DNA of 64,000 nt from Botryllus schlosseri (Eukaryota). How positions within the stretch are numbered: the stretch's first letter is position 1; each line of letters begins with the position of its first letter. Positions 12,831 to 25,991 of this stretch are shown here, piece by piece. The notes under the pieces are model-generated. The model worked only from the letters and a program-made list of their open reading frames with translations. It was not told the DNA's origin and ran no database searches. The stretch spans positions 3,412,001 to 3,476,000 of the forward strand of contig CM119371.1 of NCBI GenBank assembly GCA_051294905.1, written 5' to 3'. A program made the position numbers and the translations under genes.

Positions 12831-13252
12831 GGCTATATTGTTTATGGGTAATATAAATGTATAAACTGTAGCAGTTTATTCAAAACCATATATACGAGAT
12901 TTGTTAATGACTTGAGAGGAATACACGGAACACGTTAGCAGTCTATAGAAAATATTTACATAGGTATAAATCAGGGTTTCCTTGGGAATCTATGGTTCTT
13001 TTGATGACATATGACTCTCAGAGAAATATAAAATGTGATTTATCAAGTATTAATGAAAATCAAATAGCAGCAAAATCAAAATCTCTTACAAATCTGCTTT
13101 GTTATCATTCATCAGAAATATACATTCGTGGTGTACTTTGCACGGTAAACATACAACGCATCTCCTGACTTTCTATGATTCTCATAAGGAAAATACTAGG
13201 GAAACGAAATGAGGAATATCGACTGCATCTAATATCGATATTTCAGATCAGT

Positions 13253-14060
13253 CGGGTGGTAATGACTTGAGTCATGTCTCGACTCGGGTCGCGATTTTTC
13301 AGTGACTAGACTTTTCTCGACTCGATTCGAAGCAATTTGTGTATTGACTCGACTTGTACTCGAGTCACTACACAAGACTCAACCAAGTCATAAAACTCAG
13401 GACTCGGATGGCCTAGACAGGCATTTCGTTGTAACTTCGAAAAATAGTACCCAAAGATACCTCATAATGCTGGCATTAAATATCTACTACACAGAGTTGC
13501 AAAAACGGGAGTTTAATAGGATTGAGCTTGAAAATGAACAGGTAATACAATGACTTGGACTCAGACACGAATCTCAACACTGTGACTATGGACTAAAACC
13601 TTTGAACCCTGACTATGACACGGACTTGACTCGGTGGTGAATTGAAAATGACTCGACTGGACTCGAGTCAAAGCAAATAAAGTAGAATTGATTATGACTC
13701 GGTCAACCCTGTGATATGGTAATGTTTGATAGATCACGACCCAAGCGCAAAATTGACTGATACAACCTCCAAAAATACTAGCGGTCTAGCAGCAACAACA
13801 TTACCATAAAAATGACTTATTATGGCGTGCCAATTATTCGCTACAAAGCCCGAATTCAATGGCTGTAACTAAGTCACCTGATTGCAAGTCGCAAGTCAAT
13901 CTTACTTTTCTGTTATTAATGGAGTCGAATCATTTTGAATTTATAATCGAGTTAAGTCCAAGTCAAGGTGCAAAGGGTCGTGCCCGAGTCCAAGTCATTG
14001 TGTCCTCTGTTCAGTTTCGATGTCAGTCAGTCATGCTCAACCCGATTTCTTACAACTCTG
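13253..14060. mobile_element. Two degenerate GACTCGAGTC-family hAT MITEs (13253-13712, 13858-14060)
   Basis: Dense gactc/gagtc motifs matching the intact copy at 38299-38868. Confidence 0.7.
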
Positions 14061-14072
14061 AGTGGTATATAT

Positions 14073-14915
14073 ATAGAGAGAGAGAGAGAGTCTTTATTTT
14101 CATCGAACCAAAATACATAACAAACGGCAGTGATGGTGGTACAGAAAATATGCGTGCACAGTATTCAGTATTAGATAGGAATGATCGATAAGACCGTGAA
14201 GGTCATCTAGTCTGATCACACCAGCATCAAACAGGTACACTTGACTCAGAACAGTCTGGCTGTAAAAAATGTTTAGTTAGGAAAGGAAAATAGAAAAAAA
14301 TTAAACAATGGTAGCAAATGATCAATGAAGCAATGTCTGGGCGAGGTAGGGCAACAGTGTTAGTGTAACGACAAGAGGTGATCAAGTAGGGCTTTTTTGA
14401 ATCTATTATATGGCAATTCACGGATATGTGATGGTAATGCATTCCAGATGATAGGTCCCGAGTAGTCGATAGATCTCTTAGTTAGGCTGCTATTGGGTTG
14501 GGGTAAGTAGACGTTTCCTTTAGACGAAGATCTCGTGTAATGGGAATGGACATGTTTAGCAGGTATGAAGAAGTCATCAAACACAGGAGGGAGACTATTG
14601 GAAAAATATTTGTGAACAACTTTTGATACTTCGAAGCGATACAGTTCATCAACTCGCAAAATTCTATGCTTACGGTGGTAAGGCGATAAATTAGTACGTA
14701 AAGGTACATATGAGATCAGCCGTATCGCACGGTTTTGCAGGGTTCGAATTCTGCACAAAAATGTTGTACATGCATTTCCCCATACTACGATTCCATATTG
14801 CAGATGCGAGTGGAATCAATGGTGACGCCGAGATATTTTGCTGAGTCACATATTGAGATTTGTTTATGATTGATGTTCACAGTGAAATTATGACTGGCAT
14901 TAGAATTCGGCTTAA
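14073..14915 (-). mobile_element. 5'-truncated, internally deleted CR1/L2-group LINE (ORF2 C-terminus plus 3'UTR)
   Basis: KYLGVTID and SHLQYGIVVWG...LQNRAIRLI...HYTRS...YSGPIIWNALP are typical LINE RT C-terminal motifs; AATAAA then (CT)n tail. Confidence 0.92.
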
Positions 14916-15482
14916 TTTCAACCTACAGAAATATTGCCATTAGACGAGAGAGTTTTCGATCTGTATTCAACAATATCAAAAACATTTCAAATTTTACTAG
15001 GCTAGCCTACTTCATGAAATTGTTAGGTTGTAAAAACAAATCAGTGCAAAAATTGGAAAAAAATCGACACAAAAACAACAAATCCAATTTATTTCTCATA
15101 CTCAGCCTATGAATACTTTCCGGTTCCCTCCACTTTTGGCAATAAGGCATAATCATTTTTTTTACGAGTTGGTGATATTGTTTACACAAAATGTCATTGA
15201 AATTTCTTAGCGTACATCAGTCAAGTTGCTCGAAACTGATTCATGTAATACGTCTGTTACAGTCGAACATGCGCCAGAAAAATTACGACATACCGGTATC
15301 CTCACATGTAAGAAGGCCAAGACGTTAGAAAGAATGTCAAAGATTCAAATATTATTAATGTGATAGCCTATTACTACATTTTAATACAAAATTCTACGAG
15401 TGCCGACTTTACTAGTTATCATGTTTGCAATAACAGTCAAGAAGGCATATATATAGGGGTGGTAGAACAATTTGTTGGAAAG

Positions 15483-16564
15483 CAATGTTCCCTCTAATTT
15501 TTCACAATTGTGCGCGCACTCATCAACTCACTGTACGGTCCCTTAGACAACAGTGCATAACTACTAAAAAAATGTCGTCACTTTGGATTTTATTTGCGCA
15601 GCATAGATTTTTCTGTGTGCAGAGGACGTGTCAGCACTGCATCATAGCGCATGTGCACTAGGGTGGAGTGAAAATGACTTTTTTTTAAATCGAAAATAGG
15701 GGTTCCTCAATCCTGACAAATGTCAGAAAACTTCAATAAAAAGTGACTTCGGGGGATTACCCCCATTTTCCAGCCGGCAAACCCCAAATTTCCGCGCGTG
15801 GGGGGTAAAATGGCCCATCTCGGCAACCGCTGGTCGTAGAGTCATGACATATAGCTCAAAATCTGTGGAAACATCATGTTTCTATCTGTCTTAAGAAGAA
15901 AGTTTTCTCTATTGTGAACACAAAATTAGTTATAGCCAAAAAACAATATATACGCATATTTTTGTTGAAATTCAGCATTTATTCTGACGAATTGTGATCC
16001 GTCATCAGTTTTTTTGAAAAGAAAAGTAACACACTAACAATAATGAATATTGGGCCCATAATACAAATATATTCACAACACAGTCCTTTTAAAATCGGTT
16101 CAAAATATCATAATGAAGCACTCACATTTAACGACTTATTGAAAATGCATTTTTGGTCAAGTTTTTTCATCAGTTCACGAGAATTTTTCGGCGAATGAGG
16201 CCATCTTGTCTTTTAAATCCTGAAACTTGTGCTGATGCTTCTGTTACAAGCTTTAGATGTTCACAATAGAGAAAACTTTCTTCTTAAGACGGATAGAAGC
16301 ATGATGTTTCCGCAGATTTTGAGCTATAGCCTATATCATTACTCTACGACCATGCAGCGATTGTCGAGATGGGCCATTTTACCCCCACGTGCAGAAATTG
16401 GGGGGTTGCCGGCTGGTAAATGGGAGTAATCCCCTGTTGTCACTTTCTATGGAAGTTTTAGGTCATATTTGTCAGGATTGAGGAATCCCTTTTTTCGATT
16501 TGAAAAAAAAAGTCATTTTCACTCCAGCCTAGTGTGCGCACTGCGCAGCTTAGAGGGAACATTG
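15483..16564. mobile_element. hAT MITE (CAATGTTCCCTCTAA TIR) hosting a fold-back element
   Basis: TIR caatgttccctctaa / ttagagggaacattg; perfect TSD ttggaaag. Confidence 0.92.
15659..16531. mobile_element. Nested long-TIR (~260 bp) hAT MITE, TAGGGTGGAGTGAAAA family
   Basis: 15659-15920 is the inverted repeat of ~16258-16531; flanks atgtgcac / gtgtgcgc. Partial copies at 18015-18290, ~33413, 47200-47466. Confidence 0.88.
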
Positions 16565-16844
16565 TTGGAAAGCATTTTTAAACCAGCAATTCATCATGTT
16601 TCGTGGCAACTTCTGTAAATAAATACAATGCCTTGTCTACTGAAAGTACTGTTGAACGTAAGCAACTATAACTCCATTACGGTATGAGCATTTTCGAGCT
16701 TCCTTGGAGGACCAATACAATTTTGTGAGATAAAAGAGGACACATCGATCGTAGTACTATTTATAACAGAAATATCATGTAGCCTTTACCGTCTGCTGTG
16801 TAACCACGACAACAAACTTAACTTCATACCACTAAATTCTGTCT

Positions 16845-17212
16845 GACCGACAAGATAACGTGATAGTGAAGCGTCCGGCTTCTTGAACGGTAGGTCGTGG
16901 GTTCGATTAGTAACACTGGTATCCATGACTTCCCTGCTTGGGGCTCATACATTACTGGGATAGCATGGAATGGTGGTGCATGAAACAGAACGCGCCGTAA
17001 AGGCTATATCTGCACTTCCTTGTCCAGCGACATATGCACATCATTAGTAGGTGTATGCCGCAAAAAACATCAAGGACAAAAATAAACTGCGTCCTGTCCT
17101 TGCTACTCCTATACCACTATCCTGTCAGGAAGTTAGTCAGTCAGACTGTAGCGTCAGCGTGGGGAACGGGGATCAGCTAGTCGGCAAAAGTATCATACAG
17201 ATCTTTACCTTA
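16845..17212 (+). mobile_element. tRNA-derived SINE
   Basis: tRNA-like head (atagtgaagcgtccggc...ggtcgtgggttcgatt), non-tRNA body and ctttacctta tail. Confidence 0.6.
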
Positions 17213-18562
17213 TGAGCAATTCAATGTGCCAATATGGAATCGGTGTCTCGTACACACCAAAGATTCTACTGACTACACACAGGTGTGACGCTGAGAACCG
17301 TCTTGGCACACCAAAGATATTACGCTAAACGTACCGGGATTCCCACCCGGGCAATGTGCCAATGTTCCCTTCCCTCTAAGCTGCGCACGTGCGCAAATCA
17401 CGGAGCTATATAAACACAAAAATGCGCAGTGATGACACGGTCACGGCGCACAGAAAACCTAAGTTGCGCACTTTGTCCAAGGGTCTGCGCAGTGAGTTGG
17501 TGAGTGTGCGTGGGAACAGGGTCCAACTACAACCCAACTGAATTCGCCAGTGTACATTCTAATTCATTAACTTTTGGATCGCCGACCCCTTCAACTTTAT
17601 ACATGCGCGTAATCGTAAAATCGCTCGGCCTCACGACCCTTTTAGATTTGTTTAGAGCCCCCCGAGGGACGTCTTTTCATCAGTTTGTTTTAGTGATAGC
17701 AATAAAGCATTCATCTTCAATTTCTCGATAAGCTGATCTCACTTCATGTTTGACACGAGGCAGGGCAATCGATGTACGTGAGGCATTATCGACGTCACCC
17801 AGGAGAAATACCGGCGTCAAATCGATAGCGGCCATCCAGATCGATATTATATCTACTTTATATTCAGTTTAGTTATTTTTAAGTGCATAATGTTATTATT
17901 GCAAAAGATGCGATGCGAATCATCGACATTTAGAAGAACTATACGGGGTATTCCCTAAAGCGAGACTTGTTTGTTTCTGGTGCAATAGAAAATAGAAATG
18001 AGACAGAATTGGATAAGGTGGGGTGCAAATAACCTATTTTTAGATCGAAAAAGGAGGTTCTCGAATCTCGACAAATTACCGGAAATTTAAATAAAATTTA
18101 ACATTAGATGATTGCCCCCATTTTACAGCCGGCAACTTCCCAATTTATGCGCTTGAGGGGGTAAAATTGTCCATCTGCCATCTCGAGAACTACTGGTCGT
18201 ACAGTCATAATATATAGCTCGATAGCTGCCAAACGTCATGTGTCTATCTGTCTTAAGAAGAAAATTTTCTCTATTGTTTAGTGGACAAACACCTTTTCTA
18301 AACAACTTGCGTATCAAGCATATTTGTTGATGGTGCAAAACCAAAACATGCCGGTCGGTCCGGTATCGATACTTATGGTTTTGCATTGACGATCATCTAA
18401 TGAAAAGTGGAAGGTAAATAACACCGTGTAACAAGGAAGAGACGAATTTGCTTATCAATCTTTTCGGTTAGCGTGAAGTGCAGTATCAAGCGCATTTATA
18501 ATAAGAATCTGTCCCGTGCTTTTCCGAGTTGTGAAATAGGCTATTATACTTGTAAATTTCCA

Positions 18563-19891
18563 GGCACTTCTTCGTTATTCCCCACACATCGAAAAAATGA
18601 TCCCCATGACACCAATAAATGTTTCCCCATGAACATAAACAGAAAAATTTATAAACGTCAAAATGAATTGTTTTTCGCGTTGGGGTGGGATAGACTGATA
18701 TTAGGGTTGGGGAATATTAGGATGGGTTAGGGTTAGGATATCCTAAGATTAGGGTTGGGGATATTAGGGTCGGGAGATATTATGGATGGGGAGGGAGATA
18801 TCAGGGTGGGTTAGGGTTAGGTTAGGATATCCCAAGTTTAGGTTTGGGGATATTAGGGTCGGGAGATGTTAGGGATGGGGAGGGGGATATTTAGGTGACT
18901 TAAGATATCCTAAGATTAGGGAGGGGGAGGGGGATATTAGGGTGGGTTAGGATATATCGTAAGATTAGGGTTGGGGATATTAGGGTCGGGAGATATTATG
19001 GATGGGGAGGGAGATATTAGGGTGGGTTAGGGTTAGGTTAGGATATCCTAAGATTAGGTTTGGGGATATTAGGGTCGGGAGATGTTTGGCACGGGGAGGG
19101 GGATATTTAGGTGGGTTAGGATATCCTAAGATTAGGGTTGGGGATATTAGGGTCGGGATATATTATGGATGGGGAGGGAGATATTAGGGTGGGTTAGGGT
19201 TAGGTTAGGATATCCTAAGATTAGGTTTGGGGATATTAGGGATGGGGAGGGGGATGTTGGGGTGGCTTAAGATATCCTAAGATTAGGGATGGGGACATTA
19301 GGGTGGGTTAGGGTTAGGATATCCTAAAATTAGGGATGGGGAAGGGGGATTTAGGGTGGGTTAGGGTCAATGATGGGGTTAGGATATCCTAAGATCAGGG
19401 TTGGCTGGGAAGATAACAATATTTCAAACCCTAATTTCGGGATACCCTGATCCCAAATTTAACCCTAATCTCGGGATACCCTACCTCAACCTTGACCCTA
19501 ACCTACCCTAGCACCCTCACCCGCAACCCTAATCTTAGGATATCCTAACCCATCCTAATAACCCCTTCCGCAGCCCTAATCCTAGGATATCCCAACCTTG
19601 ATCCTAACCCATCGTAATACCCCCTTCCCCAACCCTAATATCTCCAACCCAACCAAAAAAACCTTCCCGCGACCCTAATATCTCCCACCCCGATCCTAAT
19701 CTTAGGATGTCCCAACCTTGACCCAAACCCACCCTAATATTCCCTTCCCCGACCCAATATTCCCCTGGCCCTAATCCCAACGCGAAAAACAATTCATTTT
19801 GACGTTTATAAATTTTCACATGTTCATGGGAATCATTTATTGGTTTCATGGTGATCACTTCTGGATGTGTGGGGAATAACGAAGAAGTGCC
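18563..19891. mobile_element. Non-autonomous fold-back DNA transposon (GG termini, 8-bp TSD; Merlin- or Mutator-like) with internal TTAGGG-rich arrays
   Basis: ~120-bp TIRs starting ggcacttcttcgttattccccacacatc; perfect TSD aatttcca; G-rich array left, C-rich array right. Confidence 0.9.
18700..19780. repeat. Telomere-like degenerate minisatellite, inverted about ~19420
   Basis: Units such as ttagggtgggttagggttaggttaggatatcctaagattaggg on +, then ccctaa-rich units after ~19427. Confidence 0.9.
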
Positions 19892-20232
19892 AATTTCCAT
19901 ACCTTTAGTGATAACACTGGCTGGCTGGCAGACTTCTGATAACCCACCTTGTAATCACTACAATTTGATTACATGTTTGTGCAATGCAGAGTCCCGTTCA
20001 AACTATCTACTCTATTTTGACTCTTGTGTTTCTTATGAATCTTCACCATTTTCTATACGGTATTACATCCATTGCACTGTCAAATGTCATCGAATTGTAG
20101 GGTAGTAGTCTCTAATAGCATTCACCTATTACGGGTCTGTCAGGATTTCTAGGCAAATTGTAAACAGTTACGTACAAATCTTGCAGCAATATGGCGTAGG
20201 ATAAGTCAATAGTAGATGAGCTGCTGATATCA

Positions 20233-21950
20233 CTACATATGATCAACTGCAACTACCATATGATCAGGATGGAACACAAGAAAACGCATTGCTCCATCAA
20301 GTATGCCGGACCCCAATCGTGGAACATCTCGCCGGCTATCAGACAGTTGTCGAGCATGTCCGTATTCAAGTCGAAATACAAGCAATTTCATCTGAATGAA
20401 AACTAGCCAGCCTCCAGGATCACCGGACCAGGGACCACACATCGATCTTGCCTTCCGCCACATGCCACCTCATTTTGTCGCTTGCCTTTTCTATTCTCAG
20501 CTTTAATGTTCAATCGGTGTGCATGTCTCTTCTCTACCTAGCCTAGGCCAAGGTTGGGGGTCTGATTTCAAAGACTATTCCAAGTCATTTAGGCACTTTC
20601 CTATCTTTTCGTTGTAACGCAGTTTTGTGGCGTTTTGAAATTATGAAAATATTAATAAAACTGATACTGACAATGATATCACTTCCGTTATATATTCCAA
20701 ACGCAACACGATTGCAAGGCAATGAAATGGTACATCACCTAAGGAATTGATGCCAGTAAGACAAAGCTGCTTGACAACTCCAAAAAATTTGAAGCAGCCA
20801 ACTTCATTACTGACGATACCATAACAAAAATCGCGTAATACATTACACATAGCTGCAATTTTCGAAAGTATTTTCAGTTATTGTCATATATATTTCACCT
20901 AGTTGTTATGACATACACTGATAAAAGTGATTCGAATACAACCTCGACCTACTTGCTACTGAATAGGCATAGGTAGTTTTCGTTCTTTCCATGTTTTTTT
21001 CGCAAGATACACACCGACTCAAGTAGCCTAGCAATGGCATGATACAGTTTCACACGATCTGTGCATGTGCAATTTCAACTGATTCATATCGCTGAAATCG
21101 ATGAGAATTAAGTAGAGGTGCACCATTCTGGCGTTTTCCAGTTCACTTGCCAGGCAGTTCCAGCATGCTGGTCAATATCATTTCCGAGCAGAGCAGTGAA
21201 ATTCCACGATTCTTCAAGGGCTATCTGGATCATCTTGGCCTTTATGGATGTCGTTTTGACAAGTTCTTATTCTCTTTGGAACATTGCATTACATTGCATT
21301 CACATCGTTTTCGGTCTGCAAATAAACGAGGGGTCAACACTATATAGGGTCTGTTGCAGTTTGAAAGAAATATTGGTATTTGCCATTGGAGGTAACAAAT
21401 ATCGCCAATTTTCATGGCATCGCAAAACACGGTAGTATGATTCAGAGAATTATAATTTACAAAGGCTATATACTGACGATATCGATCGATTTTCTATAGC
21501 TTACAGGTCACAGTGGTCACGTAGTCATTGTCGGTGCTCAAGTAGAAGTATCGTCATACAATCTCGAGTACAGCCATACCATATTTTTCAGGTATGATAC
21601 GCCTCAACGTATAATACGCACCCTTAAAATGGCATGTAAATTCTGGGATAAAGCCTGCACCCAGTTTATCGAAGTACTCTTCATAGAGTAATTTCCAAAA
21701 ATCAAGGTCAACACAGAATGTAATGACGACAACAGCATGCAATTTGAAACCAAGTATCTGAACATTAATTAAATGATAAATTTCCAACTGCCCCATTTGA
21801 TATCACTCCAAAACTAACAAGAAATATAGCACATTTGAGTTGGATACCTTGTGATACGCAGATAAACAGTGACCTTGGATATATAAAAAACATTTCAAGA
21901 AATTCCACAAATTTTACATGCCAATCATCAGACCGCTTCGGTGACATGTA
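20233..21950 (-). pseudogene. Decayed coding region, possibly NACHT/LRR-like, with a terminal segment duplicated at 46450-46790
   Basis: VKQLCLTGINSLGDVPFHCLAIVL (RI-type LRR-like); LINVQILGF (weakly NACHT-like); ASDKMRWHVA and KLLVFRLExGHARxLSDS conserved in both copies; many stops. Confidence 0.3.
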
Positions 21951-22538
21951 TACATAAAATTATACCCTTTGCGACCCATCCTTTGAGGACCCTTGTGTTA
22001 CATAGGGTTACCATACGCCCTTTAGGAGGAATTGACCTCATTTTGAAGGCTTTTGAAAATCTCCAACTTTTTGAGATTTTGTCCCGAGATACAGTAAATC
22101 TGCACTGAAATAACGCTTCACCGGCTATTTCGGGAGCTGAGCCAAAAAGTTAACCTCTTTTTTGGTCAACCGACCGTTAAATATTGACTGTACCTTTTCG
22201 AGACATCTGCGAGTATAATAGAGTGTCGCCCACACCAAAGTTGTAGCCTTTTGAAATGAAATTCAAGAATCAGAATAAAGTTAGAGCTTGTTCATGGGAC
22301 TTCGGCTTACGTAAACTTAAATAGAGCCACATATAACGGGCATGGTATCAAAAAGGCACAAGCAACGGTCTAATTAAAATGAGCCTCTGATATTTGCTTT
22401 CAAGTTGCACACTTGCCTTAAATACGTTTTAGGTTAATTTTGATTTTTGATGACTGGTATAGAGTAGGGCAGAACCACAATACTGAAAAGCTTGTGTTGG
22501 ATATTGGCCCTCGTGCACCAGGTCGAACGAGACATTAC

Positions 22539-24457
22539 CTGCCGCGATACGAATTCCTCTTGTTCTAATTTTCATGATTTCGGTTCTTTTGTTGACTGGG
22601 AATCCTCTTCCTATCAGTACTGCTCACTGCTTGATACGCTTGGATCTCTTTCCCGTTCAGGATTTTGTCTGAAATGGCAGCCATAGATTTATTTAGAGAC
22701 CGACTTGTACAAACTACCAATCTAGTTAGTTGGCGATCAACTAACTACTGATTATTCAGTGGTTCTAGTTGTGGATTTTGAAAAGCGAGTAGTTCTAGTT
22801 CTAGCTCATGGTGTGGATTTGATAAAGTTAGCAGTGCTAGGGGTTCTCCTACTCAAGTCACGATTTTTGGTGAACCGACTGGACTCGAGTATTTTCTACA
22901 AATGCATAAAATGGCTCAAATCGACTCGAGTTATTTTGTGCATTGACTAAACTTGTACCTGAGTCATTGTACATGACTCGAGACTAGGACGGGCAAGACA
23001 GACATTTCATTGTAACTTCAGAAAATAGTTATGGAATCATATTATTGGTATTTCGGCTATCGGTACTGATACTTGTAAAATAGGGCCAGGAACTGTTAGA
23101 ATTGAGGAAAATTACGATGTTGAGAATGCGGGCAATTCTATATCACTAGAGCACAGTTGAAAAAGTGGGTTGAATCGGATTGAGATCAAAACTTAACAGT
23201 GAACACAATGACATGGACTCGGACTTGACTCGGTGTTGAATTGAAAATGACTCGACTTGACTCAAGTCAAAACTATAAAAGTGAAATTGACTTGTGACTT
23301 GGTCACAACCCTTAGTTCTAGTTGCACAATAACAAAATAAACAACTAGAAAACACGCGTCTTCTTATCAAGTAAATCAAGATACCGGTGTTCTGTCGTGA
23401 TAGGTTCTTGCGGTCATCACTACTGACAGGATAGCCTGGGTTTGAGGGTCGAAACTCCTGCCATTTGACGCTCGAAACCAGTTCCTAGTAAAATGCAGTT
23501 TCTATCTCAATTGCAATGCAAACTTCGTATTATAATCAGAGTTAGATGTGTTTTATTCAGATAGTATGGGATTTCCAAAGGCCGTTAGGTCTACATGTAC
23601 TTATAGCTGCGAGTTTTGCAATAGCAGCAATAGTGAATTAAAACTAAACACGGACACATCTACTTACATTTTCGTCTCGATTCAGCATGTTGACACAGTT
23701 TGTCGCTTCTTCCGAGGTCTTGAATTGGACGAGAGCACATCTCTTGGTCATTTTTCTCCGATTCAACTCCCGAAAATACCGTCTCTTGTCGATTCGGTCC
23801 ATATCTCGCGAAATTCGCGATCTTTTGGGATATATTAGACTAAAAAGAAGGACAAATTGCCAAAAGGTGGAATTTCGGGCGAAGGGAGGACAGTTCTTGA
23901 AAAAGGAGGACAAATCCTTCTAAATGTGAACACATAGTTAGAAGTTTATGCTTTCTACTTGAGAAGCCTTACTGATTACTTTGACCACCTCTGCATACCG
24001 TCCAGTTTTCCACTTATTGTGACGTCAGGGTCAAAATTTTAGTGCATCACACATTTATTCCTCACCAAGTTAGTTATGAAAGCAGGCAACAATCTACACC
24101 ACCCAAGAAACGTGGACTGCAGATTTGTACGAACTACCAATCTAGTTAGTTGACAGTGAACCAACTACTGGCTTTTTTGAGTAGTACTAGTTGTAGCTGC
24201 AAGTTTTGTAAACTGAGCAGTCCTAGTTCTAGTTTCGAGTTTTGAATAACCAGTGGTTCGCACATGTCTGGCGGACTACTGACTAGCAATACAATGAGAC
24301 ACGTAACAAAACAAGCTCTACATTGGCATAGAAAATCCGAGAAAGCTTCAGCCAAACCGTCTTCCAAAACATCGAGACAGATTTTGAACAAATTCAGTCC
24401 GTACTTCGCGACCATCGTGAGACGTCTTGCAAGCGTGTTTCTTCTTGGACTCGACAA
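22539..24457 (-). pseudogene. RRM pseudogene unit 1 (exons ~24457-24300, ~23755-23668, 22668-22539)
   Basis: RTEFVQNLS/DVLEDGLAEAFSDF (RNP2 plus helix 1, frameshifted); TKRCALVQFKTSEEATNCVNMLN|gtaagt (RNP1); KILNGKEIQAYQAV (beta-4). Confidence 0.7.
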
Positions 24458-25731
24458 CTGAAAGTACGCAAGCACTAATACCAAGCACACATAGCATGCG
24501 CTTGAGATTGCGTTTACTGATCTCTTATGGGTGTATCCATTTAGCCAATGTCGCCAACTCTACTACTTCTATAGCAATAACTATACGGACGTGAGAGACA
24601 CGGCGCATATTTTCGTTTGTATATTCATATTCTGTTGAATTGCACAAAATCAGGGCAATTTCATTCTACCTGTAAGAATTGGTAAAGCGATATATATATA
24701 GAGAGCAGCCAACCAGATGGAGATAGAAGCCGTCATTGATGTAAATCGAGTAAAATAATGTAACAGTTCCTGGTGGAGTCGAGACAGTTGCTGACATTGA
24801 TGATACACCAGTAGAATAATAAAATATTTCCTGGCAGAGTCGAGATTGTTATCAAAATTTATGCTTCTCAAGTATAGTTCACGACAACGGGTCTCCAAAT
24901 ATACACTGTCACTTTTAAACTAGATTTTGTGGTATCGGGTACGTGGACTGCAAGACTAACACCATGATCACAAAGTACAAACAACTAGAAATAACATCAC
25001 TAAGCACCTGGAACAGAGGAAATAGATCTTTGAAGAAGTTTTACATTTTAACACGTGGATGTATCAATTTTGCAGAACCGGACTATGATTTGGTCGGGGA
25101 ATTATTTTGACTAATCTCGAATTGGCATGCGACATGCGACTCACTTTTTACTAGATTGGAAAGCAGGACTTGTACTTGAACTAGATTATAAATTTATGAC
25201 ATCACTTCTACATTAACAGCAACTCTAACTACTTTGCGCACCCATGCCAGAGTAGCAAGCAGACGGATTTCACATGATATTTTCTCGAAAGCCAGGTGTG
25301 ATTCACTTCATGTGGGGTTTGATGCGTGGCGAAGCGTTTTCGTCGGGGACAGCGTCGTATTGAGGTTGACACCTTCGTAGACACTCGACTCAGGAATCGG
25401 TTGCCCGGATTTTGTCAATGCCTTTTCCTTTTTAACGCAATCTCGATTATTACCAAATACTAGAAAAGTTTCAGCTTGCCCAAATTAGATAAACTGACAC
25501 CTACAGTGTTTTTCCAAATTATATTACAACTAGAACGACAGTACACTGGTTTTTCAGATTAGATTGAAATTAGAATTAGAATCGTTGAATTCGCAAAAAT
25601 TTGTAAACTGAATTAAATTACAGATTAGAAAGAAGTTCAACAACAAAAGTAAGTTCATTTTCGTAAGCACTAAAATAGCGAATTTCTGTAGAGCAAGCAC
25701 GGCACGTCTCGCACTATACAGTTCTCCTATA

Positions 25732-25835
25732 GCAGTGGTTTTCAACCTTTTTGTTTTCGCGGACCCCTTTTGGACCGTCAGGGACCCCCGCGGATTCCTA
25801 TAGTTTTCGCTCAAAATTAGTTTAAGAAAAAATAG
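25732..25835. mobile_element. Terminal fragment of the GGGGTCCGCG Charlie-like family
   Basis: Reverse complement of the right end of 61193-62354. Confidence 0.75.
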
Positions 25836-25991
25836 ACCTAGAAACTGTACTTAATCTGTATTCTTGAGCATGAACATTAGTAGTGAGGGGAACGAGTATA
25901 TCATGGTTGTTACTGGTAGTGACGAGAACACACAAATATTAGGATTTAAAAACATTGATTTGTCAAATAATGAAATTCACAATTTACTCAC

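Noticed and set aside
16845..16915. tRNA gene
   Set aside because: No complete cloverleaf or acceptor stem; it continues into a SINE-like body and tail.
18473..19900. Gly/Arg-rich ORFs; true telomere or chromosome-fusion site
   Set aside because: ORFs derive from the minisatellite. The arrays are degenerate and enclosed by TIRs with a TSD, so they arrived by transposition.
25305..25432. Third SINE-like fragment (B-box-like motif, ccttttcctttt tail)
   Set aside because: Single copy, no A box or TSD; support too weak.
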